Shown piece by piece: positions 63,301-64,000 of a stretch of DNA of 64,000 nucleotides. Origin of the DNA: Mytilus californianus (Eukaryota). The stretch covers positions 74,276,001 to 74,340,000 of the forward strand of contig NW_026262723.1 in NCBI RefSeq assembly GCF_021869535.1, given 5' to 3'. The first letter of the stretch is position 1. Every line of letters starts with the position of its first letter. The notes under the pieces are model-generated. The model worked only from the letters and a program-made list of their open reading frames with translations, was not told the DNA's origin and made no database searches. A program made the position numbers and the translations under genes.

Positions 63301-64000
63301 ATTAATTAATGTTTATAACTGATATTAGAACAATGTTGCTACATATTTTGTATAAACTTACAAAAAAATATAAAGTCGGGATATGTAGAAAATGGTGCTA
63401 TAAATCAGTAAAAATTAAAGAGAGAAATTAATTTCAGTTTTGGATTTGAGACATTAATTAGATAAAGCAAGAAAATACTCGAAAGACAGGACAAAAAGCG
63501 ATATTGGCTTGTTTTCGTAGCAAGTTAAAATAAATTTCATATTTTCCGACAATGATGTACATATTTTGTTTTAATCATGAAAGAGGTAGGGCCTATTTCC
63601 CCTGAAATTGTTTCACACCAGGACATCGAAAAAAGCAGGATAACAGGAGACAATATTTGTATATTGTACAGATTAAACAAAAACATATTCGTATACTTGT
63701 TATTTGTGAAATAGTTGGGTGATATGCTGGATACATAATAATAAATGAAACAAGTTCTCATGTAGTGTAAGGGTTTGTAAAGACTTCATTTGAAGCTTAA
63801 AAAATAAAAACATATTCGAATTCATTTGAACATGTTTTGATATTGTTTATAAATTCTTCTTTCATGAAAAGATTAAATTAGAGTTTAATCAATGTGTTTA
63901 CCTTTAATTATTGGTCTTAATTTCTACATCAGGATTAGCCTGCGAACGAAGACGAACAATTTTGGGCAATGTTTGACCTTTGATCTAATTTAGTAACATT

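Noticed and set aside
63925-64000. Possible eighth polycystin exon after CATCAG
   Set aside because: The phase-1 reading hits a stop after about 14 codons and lacks REJ-like residues; the sequence looks like a repeat terminus.

Overview
AT-rich eukaryotic genomic DNA with GT-AG introns. The repeat families resemble those I know from bivalves (Mytilus-like); this is inference, not a database result. Two kinds of spliced genes can be built from the sequence. (1) Three tandem minus-strand copies (ATGs at 4103, 14324, 24272) of a 3-exon gene for a 114-aa secreted peptide with the 10-Cys prokineticin/astakine (colipase-fold) spacing and two KR-containing loop extensions. (2) A plus-strand polycystin-1-like gene (signal peptide, PKD-type domains, REJ). 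It starts at 26047, head-to-head with peptide copy 3, has 7 exons in the window (about 1630 aa) and continues past the right edge. The rest is mobile-element debris: decayed Penelope-like RT fragments (probably Naiad-type) with several pseudo-LTR families, a LINE, two tRNA-derived SINEs, MITEs with confirmed empty sites, a minimal hammerhead ribozyme and minisatellites. Three observations stand out. First, a covarying RNA structure with family-specific palindromes is shared by five otherwise divergent pseudo-LTR families. Second, an 18-unit 56-bp array copies a polycystin exon end plus its splice donor. Third, the KR-looped prokineticin-fold peptide cluster itself. All alignments and folds were done by eye.
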